A stretch of 64,000 nucleotides of DNA from Octopus sinensis (Eukaryota), in the NCBI RefSeq assembly GCF_006345805.1, contig NC_043023.1, positions 1,860,001 through 1,924,000 of the forward strand, in the 5' to 3' direction. A model generated the notes under the pieces. That model was given only the letters and a program-made list of their open reading frames with translations. It made no database searches and was not told the DNA's origin. Each line of letters opens with the position of its first letter. The first letter of the stretch is position 1. The position numbers and the translations under genes are program-made. This document shows positions 12,669 through 26,299 of this stretch, piece by piece.

Positions 12669-13319
12669 AAGTTTCTGTCATAAAATCAGGTACTTTCTTA
12701 GGTTGGTTGATACCAAATGGGTTAAGAATGGTTATAAATGGTCAGAAGTTATGAGAAATGGGTGAAATTCTTTAAAAAAGATCAGAACTAATAAAAAATG
12801 GTCAAAAATTGTAGAAACTGATCAAAAGTACGTAAGCTGTCGGAAATGGTTGAAAACAGTTATGAAAAAATGGTTAAAAGCAGCTGAAAGAGACTGGAAA
12901 TGATTAGACGCATTTGGAAATGGATGAAAGTTGTTTCAAAGAATTAGAAGTGGATGGTAACAGTTGGAACAATGTCAACACATTGCGGCCAGAAGATAAA
13001 AACTGCAAAAATGTCTTGTGTTGTTCAATGTAAAATGGTGTCTGTTGTTGATTTTGGAAACAAGATGGAGGTGCATGGTTATGTTATGGGTTACTTTTAT
13101 GGTTTTAATAAAGATTTATGCTTGTTGATGTTGTTATTGTCGCGGTTGTCATGGTTGTATTTAGAGTTGAGAGTCTTGGTGGTTGATTGTGTTTATGTTT
13201 GTGGTGGTGGAGGTAGTGGTGGTGTTGGTTGTGGTGGTGGAGGTAGTGGTGGTGTTGGTTGTGGTGGTGGTGGTGTTTGCGACAAGTTGGGTTTGTCTTG
13301 CTGGTAATACTTTTGGTCA

Positions 13320-13476
13320 TGTGTAAAGAAATACACACATACACATATATGTATATGTATATGTATATATTTATTAAAATTTTTTGACTATTTTTTGACT
13401 ATTTATTAAATTTTTATGTATTGATTAAGTCTTTCCTTGTTTGTTTTGCAAAATAGTGGTTTTGTCTCTAATATAT

Positions 13477-13522
<46 letters not shown>

Positions 13523-13878
13523 TATTATATAATATATACTATATATATAGTATACATATATATATATGTTTCAAATGTATATTTATGTATATGCATAAAT
13601 ATGGATATATATATATATATATATATACATATATACATATGTATATATGTACATGATTATACATATATGTGTATTCAATATGCATATATATGTATGTATA
13701 TAAATATATATATTACACAGATATATATGTATAGGCATGCATATACATGTATTATCTATATCTGTATATAAGCATATATATCTAAACAACACACACACAT
13801 ACATATTACATATACACACACACAATGATATATCAATATATATATATATTGTGATATATATGTATATATATATATTAT

Positions 13879-13914
<36 letters not shown>

Positions 13915-13980
13915 GTATATATAATATATATATATATATAATATAAGATACCACACACCATATACGTGTGTGTATATATT
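13320..13980. repeat. (TA)n-rich microsatellite tract
   Basis: Direct reading. Confidence 0.9.
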
Positions 13981-14293
13981 GTGTGGGTTAGAGTGAATTA
14001 ATATCCATGCTGGTCTCCTGTCTACATCTTGTCTGGTATCCAACATCAACAATGTACATCGCCTCAACATGTTGACTTCTGAAGACACAAACAAACAAGA
14101 AAAGCACAAAGAACAACAAAAAAATGAACTGGTTATTGTCAACAACACCAACAACAACAACAAGATGTGCAAAAATGGTAATGGCACCGACCATGGAGAG
14201 AACAACCATTGCTGCAGGAACAACAACAGCAAAGACGACAGCAAGAACATCAACAACAACATCAGGCGAGGAGAGGAACGATAATATAGACAC

Positions 14294-14393
14294 NNNNNNN
14301 NNNNNNNNNNNNNNNNNNNNNNNNNNNNNNNNNNNNNNNNNNNNNNNNNNNNNNNNNNNNNNNNNNNNNNNNNNNNNNNNNNNNNNNNNNNNN
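14294..14393. other. Assembly gap (100 N)
   Basis: Run of N. Confidence 1.
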
Positions 14394-14812
14394 TGGCTGC
14401 TGTAATTTATTAACTGCAGAGTAATTTCCGATCTCAGTGTACCAAACTGAAGACATTTGAAAAATATGCCCAAATATAATTTGTAGAACTTTATACATAC
14501 TGGATTTCAGTTGAGTGTTCTGTATCTAGTTCTGGAAATTGTGTTTTGTAATCAACAGACTATGCTTATGATCTTGCAGATATTTGCGTGTCCATATACA
14601 TAAATATTAACAAGTGAAACTAATTAGTACATAGGTAATCGTTTTTTATTTCGTATATTTTCATTTGTCTTCCTGATTTTTACATTTTGGTTTTTTGCTG
14701 AGATTTTTTTTGAGAACACATTCTTCGTGGTAATGACGATATGACGTCTACGTTTAGCATAAAGGTTGTCCACTTTAGTGGTCATCCTCTTAATTTTGTA
14801 CATATATATATA

Positions 14813-15207
14813 GGCGCAGGAGTGGCTGTGTGGTAAGTAGCTTGTTTACCAACCACATGGTTCCGGGTTCAGTCCCACTGCGTGGCACCTTGGGCAAATG
14901 TCTTCTACTATAGCCTCGGGCTGACCAAAGCCTTGTGAATGGATTTGGTAGACAGAAACTGAAAAGAAGCCCGTCGTATATATGTATATATATATATGCA
15001 TGTGTGTGTGTTTGTCCCCCCAATATCACTTAACAACCGATACTGGTGTGTTTATGTCCCCGTTACTTAGCGGTTTGGCAAAAGAGACCGATAGAATAAG
15101 TACTGGGCTTACAAAAGAATAAGTCCCGGGGTCGAGTTGCTCGATTAAAGGCGGTGCTCCAGCATAGCCGCAGTCAAATGACTGAAACTAGTAAAAAGAG
15201 TAAAAGT
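14813..15207 (+). mobile_element. SINE family A, full length
   Basis: GGCGCAGGAGTGGCTGTGTGG...GGGTTCAGTCCC head through AAAAGAG tail. Confidence 0.9.
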
Positions 15208-15244
15208 GTATATTATTATATATATATATATATATATAATATAT

Positions 15245-15605
15245 TCTCTTTTACTTGATTTAGTCATTTGACTGTAGCCATGCTGGAGCACCGCCTTTAG
15301 TCAAGGAAATCGACCCCAGGACTTATTCTTTGTAAGCCTAGTACTTATTCTATAGGCTTCTTTTGCTGAACTGCTAAGTTACGGTGACGTAAATACACCA
15401 GCATCGGTTGTCAAGCGATGTTAGGGACACACACACACAACACATATATACGACGGGCTTCTTTCAGTTTCCATCTACCAAATCCACTCACAAGGGTTTG
15501 GTTGGCCTGAGGCTATAGTAGAAAATACTTGCCCAAGGTGCCATGCAGTGGAACTGAACCCCGAACCATGTGGTTGGTAAGCAAACTACTTACCACACAG
15601 CCACT
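15245..15605 (-). mobile_element. SINE family A
   Basis: Inverted relative to the adjacent 14813 copy. Confidence 0.85.
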
Positions 15606-15669
15606 TCTGTGTCCATATATATATATGTACATATATATATATACATATATGTGTGTGTGTGTGTGTATC

Positions 15670-15870
15670 ATTGGTGATTTTCTTCCTCCTTCTTCCCTTC
15701 TTTTGGACATCCCTCTATTTCTGAAGAAGAGCTTTGCTCAAAACATTAAGATCCTCCTTCTTTCCTTTCCTGAGCGTCTGATAATACAGTATTGTAACAC
15801 GTCCTTGCATTATGTTGTTTTTCCTTTTTTTCTCTTTGTCTGGATTTACTATATCTATACATATATATAA
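15670..15870 (+). mobile_element. Short HHR-motif element family P1 (decayed)
   Basis: CTGAAGA-A-GAGC-TTT-GCTC-AAAAC at 15721; homologous to 33311 and 44190 copies. Confidence 0.6.
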
Positions 15871-15944
15871 TATAGATATATATATATATCTATAATATAT
15901 AATATATAAATATAAATGTAATAACTTGGAGTTGGTAGTATATG

Positions 15945-16171
15945 TTTTTTCTTTACTGCCCACAAGAGGCTACACACAGAGGGGACAAACAAGGACAGAC
16001 AAACGGATTAAGTCGGTTATATCGACCCCAGTGCATCACTTATTTAATTGGCCCCGAAAGGATGAAAGGCAAAGTTGACTTGGCAGAATTTGAACTCAGA
16101 ACGTAGCGACAGACAAAATACCACTAAGCATTTCACCCAGCGTGCTAATGATTCTGCCAGCTCGCCACCTT
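15945..16171 (-). mobile_element. SINE family B
   Basis: Family match. Confidence 0.85.
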
Positions 16172-16267
16172 TTGTATACTTTGGGTATATGTCTATTAGT
16201 ATGGTGATTGTACCAATGTACTACTAGTAAGAATAACATGTCAAAGAAATCTCATTATATCTTGCAG

Positions 16268-16388
16268 GATACCTTTTTCTACCCAAGCACCTGAGGTGAC
16301 ACACCCGGCACTGATCGATACAACAAATTCACAATATCCTCCCCCCATGGGACAGATGCAGGATCTGTTGAAACAATTGTGGAGCTGA
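16268..16388 (+). CDS. Candidate terminal coding exon of an unidentified gene (IPFSTQAPEVTHPALIDTTNSQYPPPMGQMQDLLKQLWS*)
   Basis: Acceptor ttatatcttgcag|, one open frame of 39 codons to TGA, AATAAA at 16388-16393, unique non-repetitive sequence; no homolog recognised. Confidence 0.3.
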
Positions 16389-16433
16389 ATAAAGATTCAT
16401 GCCAAATCCATCTTCCATTTCCTTTATCAACTA

Positions 16434-16800
16434 CTAACAGTATCACCTTGCGTTACTTGGGTTTGTTTCGACCCTTTAGAATTGGAATTTTTGAAAAGTA
16501 AATTATGTAGCTTGTTATTCTCTTTAAGTGAACATTTTTCTGGTTGAAATACACCAAAAAATGGCGACACAGCAGTCAAAAAATCGTAAAAAATAGGCAT
16601 TTTCATAGAAAAAAAAGCACCTTTTTGATGTAAATAATTTTTGGTGTTGACATGGTCCGATTTGAATTTTATCTTCTATGGAAGGAAGAGCAAGCCTTCT
16701 TCTATCATACTCTCAATTTTGGTCAACTTGCGCTGCAGGGTCTCGGAGGAGATGGTGTTAGTTGAAGGCTGCCAAACCTGCCATACACGGACAACTTCAG
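16434..16800 (-). mobile_element. Helitron H1 (decayed)
   Basis: Family match; 3' end TTAG variant. Confidence 0.75.
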
Positions 16801-17133
16801 ACAGATTTATATACATATATGTAGTCTAATTTTTAAGAGATGTATTGAGTCATGAATGAACTGAAAGAGTTAAAGATGTAGCTGCTATGACTAGCAATCT
16901 TTGTGACTGTACAGAAGAACCAAGTGAATGCTCTGCTGTTTTATGGCAACATTCACGTGCATTTCAGAAGTAAGTAGGTGTTTGCGACAGATTTGATTTG
17001 TCACGTTTACGAAAATAAAACCATTTTTAATGGTTCGTACTTATGAGACTTCTGAATTTTGCTTCCACCACCACCTCCTGCTCCACTCCGTTTTGCTCTC
17101 TCTTTCACTGTCTGTCTCTGTCTCTCATCTCAC

Positions 17134-17172
<39 letters not shown>

Positions 17173-17260
17173 TTAATATATATAGACACATGCACATACG
17201 TGTATACATATGTTTATATATACATATTTATCTCTGTCTCTCTATCTATCTATCTATCTA

Positions 17261-17319
<59 letters not shown>

Positions 17320-17389
17320 TAATATACACACATATATATATACATATACCCATGTGTACATATATATATGCATACATAATATACATATA

Positions 17390-17432
<43 letters not shown>

Positions 17433-17682
17433 GTATGTGTATGGATATATATATATGTATATATATGTGTGTGTATGCGTATATATAGTGAGAAGAATAT
17501 ATATATAGACATGTATCTTTACACACACACACACATATATACACAACTGTGTGTGAGTGTGTGTACATGTTATTTAGGATTTTATAAATGTAGTTGTGTA
17601 GAATATATTGATTCTACTGTTTTTCAGGTTTCTATACATGTGTGTATACATACATACGTACATACATACATACATACATACA

Positions 17683-17718
<36 letters not shown>

Positions 17719-17744
17719 GATATGTAGGTGGTGAGAAGACCCGG

Positions 17745-18165
17745 CAACTAAAGTAAGATCGCAGTCAATGCCCGATGCTAGTGTTGCATGTCTGGCCCCA
17801 TTAAGAATACCTCTGATGCATTGGGCAATATGATATGCTTGAGAAAACCTGTTGAGTCAAGTAAAACCAAAATCGTAGCTGTGCCCTGTGCCCCCTAACT
17901 GGTTCCCATGCTGGTGGCACGTAAAAAGCACCATCTGAACATGGCTGATGCCAGTGTCGCCTGACTGGCTCCTGTGCTGGTGGCATATAAAAAGCACCCA
18001 CTACACTCAGAGTGGTTGGCATTAGGAAGGGCATCTAGCTGTAGAAACTCTGCCAGATCAGACTGGAGCCTGGTGCAGCCATCTTGTTCGCCAGTCCTCA
18101 GTCAAACTGTTCAATTCATGTGAGCATGAAAAATGGACATAAAATGATGATGATGCTGATGATGG
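17745..18165 (+). mobile_element. SINE family C
   Basis: Family match. Confidence 0.75.
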
Positions 18166-18435
18166 TGGTGGTGGTGTCCCAATATGGCCACAGTCTAATG
18201 ATTGAAACATGTTAAAGATACTTGTTTCAGGTATCACACTGTGGACATGCTGGGGCACGACCTTGAAGAATTTTAGTTGAACAAATCAACCCCAGTACTT
18301 TTATTCTTTCTTTTGTTTAAACCTGGTACTTATTCTATCAGTTTCTTTTGCTGAACTGCTAAGTTATGGGGACATAAACACACCAACACCAGTTTTCAAG
18401 CGGTGCAGGACAAATGCATTGACACACACACATTC

Positions 18436-18472
<37 letters not shown>

Positions 18473-18699
18473 ATATATATAGATATATATATATACAACA
18501 GGCTTCTTTCAGTTTCCATCTATGAAATCTGCTCACAAGGCTTTGGTAGGCCTGAGACTATTGTAGATGACACTTGTCCAAGGTGCCACACAGTGGGACT
18601 GAACCTGAAGCAATGTGGCTTGGAAGCAAGTTTCTGTCCACACAGTCAAGCCTCTCTCTCTCTCTCTCTCTCTCTCCCCGCTCTCATCCTCTGTATGTA

Positions 18700-18735
<36 letters not shown>

Positions 18736-18965
18736 TGTATGTATGTATGTATACATATGTATATACATATATGTATGTGTGTGTACACACAATGGGCTTC
18801 CTACAGTTTCCGCCTACCAAATCCACTCACAAGGCTTTGGTCAGCCCAGGGCTATAATAGAAGACACTTGCCCAAAATGCCATGATGCGGGACTGAACCT
18901 GGAACCATGTGACTGGAATGTAAGCTTCCTACCACACAACCAAGCCTATATATGCATACTATATA

Positions 18966-19472
18966 TCTATATATATAAAACTGTAGTTGTGTGAGTGTCT
19001 GTCCCCTTCGATTTAGATTCCTAACTACTCCCACATTTTGCGGTGCAGTTTAACCAAATTCGGGTATCTTATAGTCGGGATTCATATCGAGCCCGTCTGG
19101 CTATTAGCGCGCGTATACGATGAGTCTACGATTTTAAAAATAATTTAACACCATTTTTTATTCCATTTTAATGCATATTTTTTCGTGTGTCGATGGCGGC
19201 GGGGTTGGCGTCCATGGTGACACCTGCACCTGTTTGCTTCTCCCCCTTCTTCCCTCCTGAAGCTGTGGGGAAGGGAGTGTAAGGAAATCAACGTCATAAA
19301 GCGTTGTCAAGGAGACCAGCGTTCTTTTAGAACAACGACTTCATGGCTTGAAGACACCAAAACAGAAATGGCTAAGAAAGCCCGAATTGGCATCTATAAG
19401 GGAAGTAACTCTCTAAAAATGCTTATATAGTTATTTCCCTTACAAACCCGAGCACGCCGGGCGATACTGCTA

Positions 19473-19473
<1 letters not shown>
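18966..19473 (+). mobile_element. Non-autonomous Helitron H2 with extra internal segment
   Basis: A|TC start, hairpin cccgagcacgccggg, CTAG|T end; 5' and 3' parts match 49814-50200. Confidence 0.8.
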
Positions 19474-19536
<63 letters not shown>

Positions 19537-19939
19537 TACATATATATACAATGGGATTCCTTCAGTTTCCGTCTACCAAATCCTCATCCTGGCGCCTGTC
19601 TCTCCGTTTTTCTGTTAATTATACCTAATTGCATACAATTGGTTTCTTGTCTCAACCAGCTGACTCTTACAGTCTGACAGTCTTCTTAAACAAGTCTTTT
19701 CATTTATTTTTTTTTTGCTAATGTTATTTAAATAGATTATAAGTTTGATCTGAGTTCTTTTGAAATAATTTTTCTCATCGATTATTTCGCCTTCTCTTTT
19801 TTGTTTTTTTATTTTTGTTTCTGAAACTCTCTCTGTTTATATTACAGTGTATGCATGCATGTGTGTGTATGTGTATGTGTGTGTGTGTGTGTGTGGTGTA
19901 TGTGTATGTTGCACTCTTTATGTCTTACCCTACTATGTG

Positions 19940-19973
<34 letters not shown>

Positions 19974-19974
19974 T

Positions 19975-20269
19975 CGTCTTGTTCCTTCTTGAGCCACACC
20001 TGGCTCATAAGAGCTGGTTTCCTTGGCGTATAGGTTCCCCACCTGGACGGGACGCCAGTCCATGGCAGGTGAGCTGCAAGATGCAGGAGGAAAGAGTGAG
20101 AGAAAGTTGTGGAGAAAGAGTCAGCAGAAGTCCACCATTACCTTCTGCCGGAGTCGCGTGGAACATAGATGTTTCGCTCATAAACACACACATTGCCTGG
20201 TCTGAGATTCAAACTCACGATCCCTCGACCGCGAGTTTGCTGCTCTAACCACTAGGCCATGTGCCTCCA
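19975..20269 (-). mobile_element. SINE family D (tRNA head)
   Basis: Minus-strand A-box TGGCCTAGTGG and B-box AGTTTGAATC; sits in a (CAT)n tract. Confidence 0.8.
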
Positions 20270-21285
20270 TCATCATCATCATTATCATCTTTTAATGTCC
20301 ATTTTCCATGCTGTCATGGGTTGGAGAGTTTGACCAGAGCAGGTAAGCTGGACCTCAAGTGGCCTGAACTCTTTACATGAACACCACCCTGTACTTAACT
20401 CCATGTCCCCCTACATGGCCTTGCTATTTGCTTTTGAGCCAAATTAACTAACTAACTAACTAACTAATGCCAACCACTTTACAGAATGTACTGGGTGCTT
20501 TAAACGTGGCTGCCCCACATGGGCACTTTTATGAGGCACCAGCACGGGTGCTTTTTATGTTGCACTCGCAGAGGAGTCTTGCAGGCCAATCTCCTTTCCC
20601 AGGAGAACTTGCCTTAACACTTCTGCTGTGGAGGACAGATTGTGGCCATGCTGGAGCACTGCCTTAAACAACTTCTAGTCAGATGAATCAACCCCAATGG
20701 TTTTTGTAATTTCTTTCACGACTGGTACTTATTTTATCAGTGTCTTTTCTCAAACCAGTAAGTAGCAGGAACATAAACAAACCAAGACCAGTTGTCAAGC
20801 AGTAGTGGGGGACAAACACACACACACAACAGGATTCATTAAGTTTCCTGTGTCTACCAAATCCATTCACATGGTTTTGGTCAACCCAAGGCTACAGCAG
20901 AAGACACTTGCTCAAGGTGCCATGCAGTGGGATTGAACACAGAACCACGTGGTTGGGAAGCAAGCTTCTTACCACACTACCATGGCTAATTTCTTTTCTC
21001 CTTTACTTGTTTCACTCATTGGACAGCGGTCATACTGCAGCACCATCTTGAAGGCTTTAGACAAACAAATTAGCCCCAGTACTTACTTTCCATGCCTGGC
21101 ACTTATTCTGTCAGTCACTTTTGATGAACTGCTAAGTTACAAAAACTTAAACAAACCATGACTGGTTGTGAAGCCGTGGTGGAGAAAGAAAGACAGAACA
21201 AGAAAACAAACGATCGAATGAATGTATATATGTAGATACATGCATACTTAATTGGCACTGGCACACTGTCACTTATGACGACAAG

Positions 21286-21588
21286 TGTCTGTTCCTTCTC
21301 GAGCTACGCTTGGATCATAATAGCCAGTTTCTCGGTTTCTTTGGCGCATAGGTTCCCCACCTGGATGGGAAGCTGGTCTGTCGCAAATGAGCTGCAAGAT
21401 GCATGAGGAAAGAGTGAGAGAAAGTTGTGGCGAAAGAGTCAGCAGAAGTTTGCCATTACCGTTTGCCGGAGCCACATGGAGCTTAGGTGTTTCCCTCGTT
21501 AAACACACACATCACCCAGTCTGAGATTCAAGCCCGCAACCCCTCGACTGTGAGTCCGCTGCTCTAACCACTAGGCCATGTGCCTCCA
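21286..21588 (-). mobile_element. SINE family D with 16-bp target-site duplication
   Basis: cacttatgacgacaag at 21270-21285 and 21589-21604. Confidence 0.85.
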
Positions 21589-22189
21589 CACTTATGACGA
21601 CAAGGGTTCCTGTTGATCTGATCAATGGAACAACTTGCTCCTGAACGTAGCGGCAGACAAAATACCACTAAGCATTTCGCCCGGCGTGCTAATGTTTCTG
21701 CCAGCTCACCACCTTACCACACAAGCTTCTTACCACACAGCCACTCCTGCACCTGTAGAGATAATCTTAACACATGATATATGGTACACTGCATACACAG
21801 TGTTGGCTTATATATATATATCTACTAACTTCTGCTGACTCTTTTGCCACAACTTTCTCTCATTCAGTGTGCGTTTAATATAGTTTATAGCAAATTATGA
21901 TTGCATAACGAAATACCACGTTCCTACAAATCATTAATAAGGGATTGATGAGTGTGTAGGGAAGGGAGAGCAGTGTAAGGATTGGATGGGTCACCAATCT
22001 TAAAATCATGTGCTGACATGTGTATGGTTTAAAACCAGTAGTGGGGGATGTGTAGAGCAAAGTTTATCTGGTGTTTTGTGAGCACTTAAGTGTAGTTGAG
22101 TCCATGATGGTAGCAGTGGTACGAGGAAGTGTGAAATTGTGAAAATTTGAATATGTTTATATTTTCTTTTTCCATCATCAAAAATGTCA

Positions 22190-22295
22190 TAACGTATGTA
22201 TAAGTGTACATATAAATTTATGTATATAATATATTTTTGGGTACACAGTCAGGTATATAAATAGGTATATATATATGTGTGTGAATGTGTCTGTG

Positions 22296-22326
<31 letters not shown>

Positions 22327-22339
22327 AAGTGTATATGTG

Positions 22340-22376
<37 letters not shown>

Positions 22377-22641
22377 AAATGTGTCTGTATATATATATAT
22401 GCATATATATTGTATATATATATATTTATATCTATATCTATAATATGCATATATATATTTATATCTATATATATATATGTGTGTGTATATATATATACAC
22501 ATACATACATATATACATATATATACATATATATCATATATATATACATATATATATATGTATATATATGTATATATATAATATATGTATTTTATATCTA
22601 TCTATCATCTATCTATATCTATCTATCTATCTATCTATCTA

Positions 22642-22680
<39 letters not shown>

Positions 22681-22843
22681 TATACTATACATACTCACGT
22701 ATATATGTACATAGATGTGTATCTATATGTGTGTGTGTGTGTATACATATGCTTATATACACATATATATATAAATATATATTTATACATATGTAGACAC
22801 ATACATCCATTTATGTATGTGTGTACATAGGCACACATATACA

Positions 22844-22870
<27 letters not shown>
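22190..22870. repeat. TA/CA/TCTA compound microsatellite
   Basis: Direct reading. Confidence 0.9.
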
Positions 22871-22878
<8 letters not shown>

Positions 22879-23029
22879 TGTGAGTGTTCCTGCAATCCAA
22901 TTCCAAATCTAAGTCTAACCTATGAAGAACTTTTCAAAATTTCCAAATAACTTCCAGATTCAATTAAATCTTCATCGGTTTTTTTTTTTTTAAAGTTATC
23001 CATCTTTAAATAGAATCACTTCAGAAGAA

Positions 23030-24110
23030 CAGGTGTTGTTGTTGCTGTTGTTGTTGTTGTTGTCTGTGGTGATGGTATTGTTGCTGCTTGTGGTGATGCT
23101 GTTGATTGTGATAGTGGTGGTGTTGCATGTAGCGGTAGTGGTGAGGGTGGTGATTGTGGTTGTGGTGTATATGGTGGTATTGGTAATGGTAGTAGGGTGG
23201 TGAAAAAAGTGGGGTGGTGTGGTGGTGGTGGTGGTGGTGGTGGTGGGGGTTGGTGGTGGTGGTGGTGGTAGGGTGGTGGTGGTGGTAGTGGTGGTGGGGG
23301 TGGTGGTGGGGGTGGGGGTGGTGGTGGTGGTGGTGGTGGTAGTGGTGGTGGGGGTGGGGGTGGTAGTGGTGGTGGTGGTGGTGGGGGTAGTGGTGGTGGG
23401 GGTGGGGGTGGTGGTGGTAGTGGTGGGGGGGGGGTGGTGGTGGTGTGTGGTGGTGGTGGTGGTAGTGGTGGGGGGGGTAGTGGTGGTGGTATGGTGGGTG
23501 GTGGTGGGGGTAGTGGTAGTGGTGGGGGGGGGGGGCGGGGGGGGGGGTTAGTGGGGGTGGGGGGTGTTTAGTGGTGGTGGTGGTGGTGGTGGTGGTGGTA
23601 GTGGTGGTGGTGGTGGTAGTGGTGGTGGGGGTGGTGGTGGTGGTGGTAGTGGTGGTGGTGGTGGTGGTGGTGGTGGTAGGTGGTAGTGGTGGTGGTGGTG
23701 GTAGTGGTGGTGGGGGTGGGGGTGGTAGTGGTGGTGGTGGTGTGGTGTGGTGGTAGGGTGGTGGGGGTGGTGGTGGTAGTGGTGGTGGTGGCAGTGGTGG
23801 TGGTGGTGGTAGTGGTGGTGCTGGTGGTGCTGGTGGTAGTGGTGGTGGGGGTGGTAGTGGTGGTGGGGGTGGTGGTGGTAGTGGTGGTGGGGGTGGTGGT
23901 GGTAGTGGTGGTGGTGGCAGTGGTGGTAGTGGTAGTGGTAACATTGGTGATATTAGGCGTGGTAGTGATGGTGGTAGTTTGGACGTTGTTGGTAGTGGTG
24001 TTGGCAGAAGTGGTGATATTGATAGCAGAGCTGGTGGTTGTGTTGGTGATAGTAATGTTGATGATGTTGTAATGATGGTGTTGTTGATGGTGGTAGCAGC
24101 CATGGTGGTG
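23030..24110. repeat. (GGT)n-rich tract
   Basis: Source of the 360-aa poly-P/T/H ORF. Confidence 0.9.
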
Positions 24111-24185
24111 GCGTAGGTCGCAGTAGGGGTGGTGTTGATGTGAATGTTGGCGATGGTGCTGGTGCCAGTGGTTCAGGTGATGTGC

Positions 24186-24510
24186 TAGTAGAGAAGAATT
24201 TTGTTCTTTCAGCTAATAACAGTTTCTTTGAAGGAGCAACATGATCTAGAACCGAATTCTTTAGGTCACTGCAAGTCATTTCCATAATATTCTTCAGGAT
24301 ATCAATATCTCAGATAATTTCCAATGTTTGTATTCCTACCAAAGAAATGCATCTCATAGCCATAGGGCTTTGGTCAGGATCCTGTAGGTTATCCTTTAAT
24401 TCGTCCATGTAAGTTTTTGTTTCAAATGCCATGAGCCAGGTTGAGACGTCTTCGATCGACTGTAAATTTATGTCACCAAAAGATTTTCCTTGCTCTGTCG
24501 GTGACATCAT
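24186..24510 (-). pseudogene. Decayed gag-like N-terminus (Ty3/gypsy-type)
   Basis: One frame with a single stop: ...TWLMAFE...ISLVGIQTLEII*DIDILKNIMEMTCSDLKNSVLDHVAPSKKLLLAERTKFF; PxKxLxxAERTKF resembles invertebrate gypsy gag. Confidence 0.45.
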
Positions 24511-26089
24511 TGTCAGTTTTGTTATTTGCTTATTGTATAAAGGGACCGATAGAATAAGTACTGGGCTTACAAAGAATAAGTTCTGGGGTCGATTTGGTCG
24601 ACTAAAGGCGGTGCTCCAGCATGGCTGCAGTCAAATGACTGAAACATGTGAAAGAGTACCTCACTAAATTCTACATCTTTTATCCGATTTCTTTAAAATT
24701 TTATACACAGTTGCTTCATATCCCAGACCCAAACATAGGATACTTAGATTTTTAAAAAATCGATACTGGGGCCCCTAGAGCAATGGGAAACCAACAGTAG
24801 ATGATTCCTTTTCATTTGCATAAATCAGCTGTTTTATAATCTGTAGGGTCTTCTATACTTTTTAAATCTTTTTATAAAAGTGAAAGCATTTTGTCTATTT
24901 ATTTATTTCCACTGTCCACCAGCAACAGTGAACACTGAACGCATACATTTCCACAATTCTCAACCAATTTTCACCAAACTTTACACACATATTACTTAAG
25001 TCCCAAGGATGGTCATGTACTAAACAGCTTGCCCAGAGCTCCCGTGTAAATGGACCTAAATGGACATAGTTTTTTTTTTGTATGTAGTGTCTTCCATATT
25101 TTTTTTAATCTTTTTATAAATGTGAAAGAATTTTGTCTCTTTATTTCCACTGTCCACCTGCCACAGTGATTAAATTGACTAGGAACACTGTATGCGATGA
25201 ACATCTAATGCCAAACAATCTTAATCTCCATATTTAAACTGCATTACACTTTGGCAAGCTTACCTTTACCTATTCTGAGTTACCTGAAAGGTGATGTTCC
25301 CTTCCCTCTCTTCTGTTTGTTGATACCTTTGTTTACCTACCAATGCATTGTTTCACTTTAAGGATGTTTATTTACCCATCCATTATGATATTTCGACTGT
25401 TGTCCATTGTTTCAAATCCATTTTAGCATTGCTATTCTAGCCTTTTTTTAAACAATCACATGAGATTCACCTCAAAGAATCAACGTTTAAATAAGAGTTT
25501 TGCTTCCACTGGCAGAAATTATACGTATCTTTCAGAAAGGTCCATACCAATTTAAATTTATGCAGCATTCGTTGTTAGTTTATGCACAGGCTATGTGAGA
25601 AGATAGAATAAAGGGGCTTTTAGTAGCTTATCTCTATGAGAAAGTAGATCCCTTTGCTTTTGAAAAAAATAAACTCAGGGAGGAGAAGTTTCAACGTCTT
25701 CCTTCAATTTTATTACACCGTTTATGTGGCTGATTCTGACAAGAAATTTTGCTTCCATGTAAAACAACTATATTTTGTAGTCATTATCCGTAATCTACGC
25801 CCAAAACACTTCAGTAGCTCTACATTGCATCACTTGCAAACTTATAGGTTCTATGACCATTAAAGTACAACAACCCTCACTATAGCCAGCCATCAATTTG
25901 GTTTTCTGTTCCTAGGTTAATTAGAAACATAGATTGCTGTACTACTCATAAACCTTCTTGGTAGTTCAAATATTTGGTGAAAAAAGCACCACCAAAGCAA
26001 CTTAAACCATTCAAAGGATGGGTGCATTTGCTAATATATATATATATATATATATTTATTTTATATATTTATATATATATATATTTTTT

Positions 26090-26240
26090 TCTCTTCTTGT
26101 TTTTTCTGTGTCCTTTTCTGTAGAAGAGCGTAGGCTCGAAACATAAAAGACTTTTTCTAATCCTGAGTGTTATACTAATACATCTGTTTGTTTTGTACAC
26201 CACCTGTCTTTGTCTTTTGTTTTTTTCGTAAACTTTCCCT
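26090..26240 (+). mobile_element. Short HHR-motif element family P2
   Basis: CTGTAGA-A-GAGC-GTAG-GCTC-GAAAC at 26118. Confidence 0.6.
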
Positions 26241-26246
26241 ATATAT

Positions 26247-26279
<33 letters not shown>

Positions 26280-26299
26280 TATATATATGTAAAAGTAAA

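Noticed and set aside
14000-14293. Asn-rich ORF (MLTSEDTNKQ...RGEER*)
   Set aside because: Built on (AAC)n, no usable acceptor, next to a gap; cannot be supported
23021-24103. 360-aa Pro/Thr/His-rich ORF
   Set aside because: Translation of a (GGT)n tract; open in several frames and on both strands
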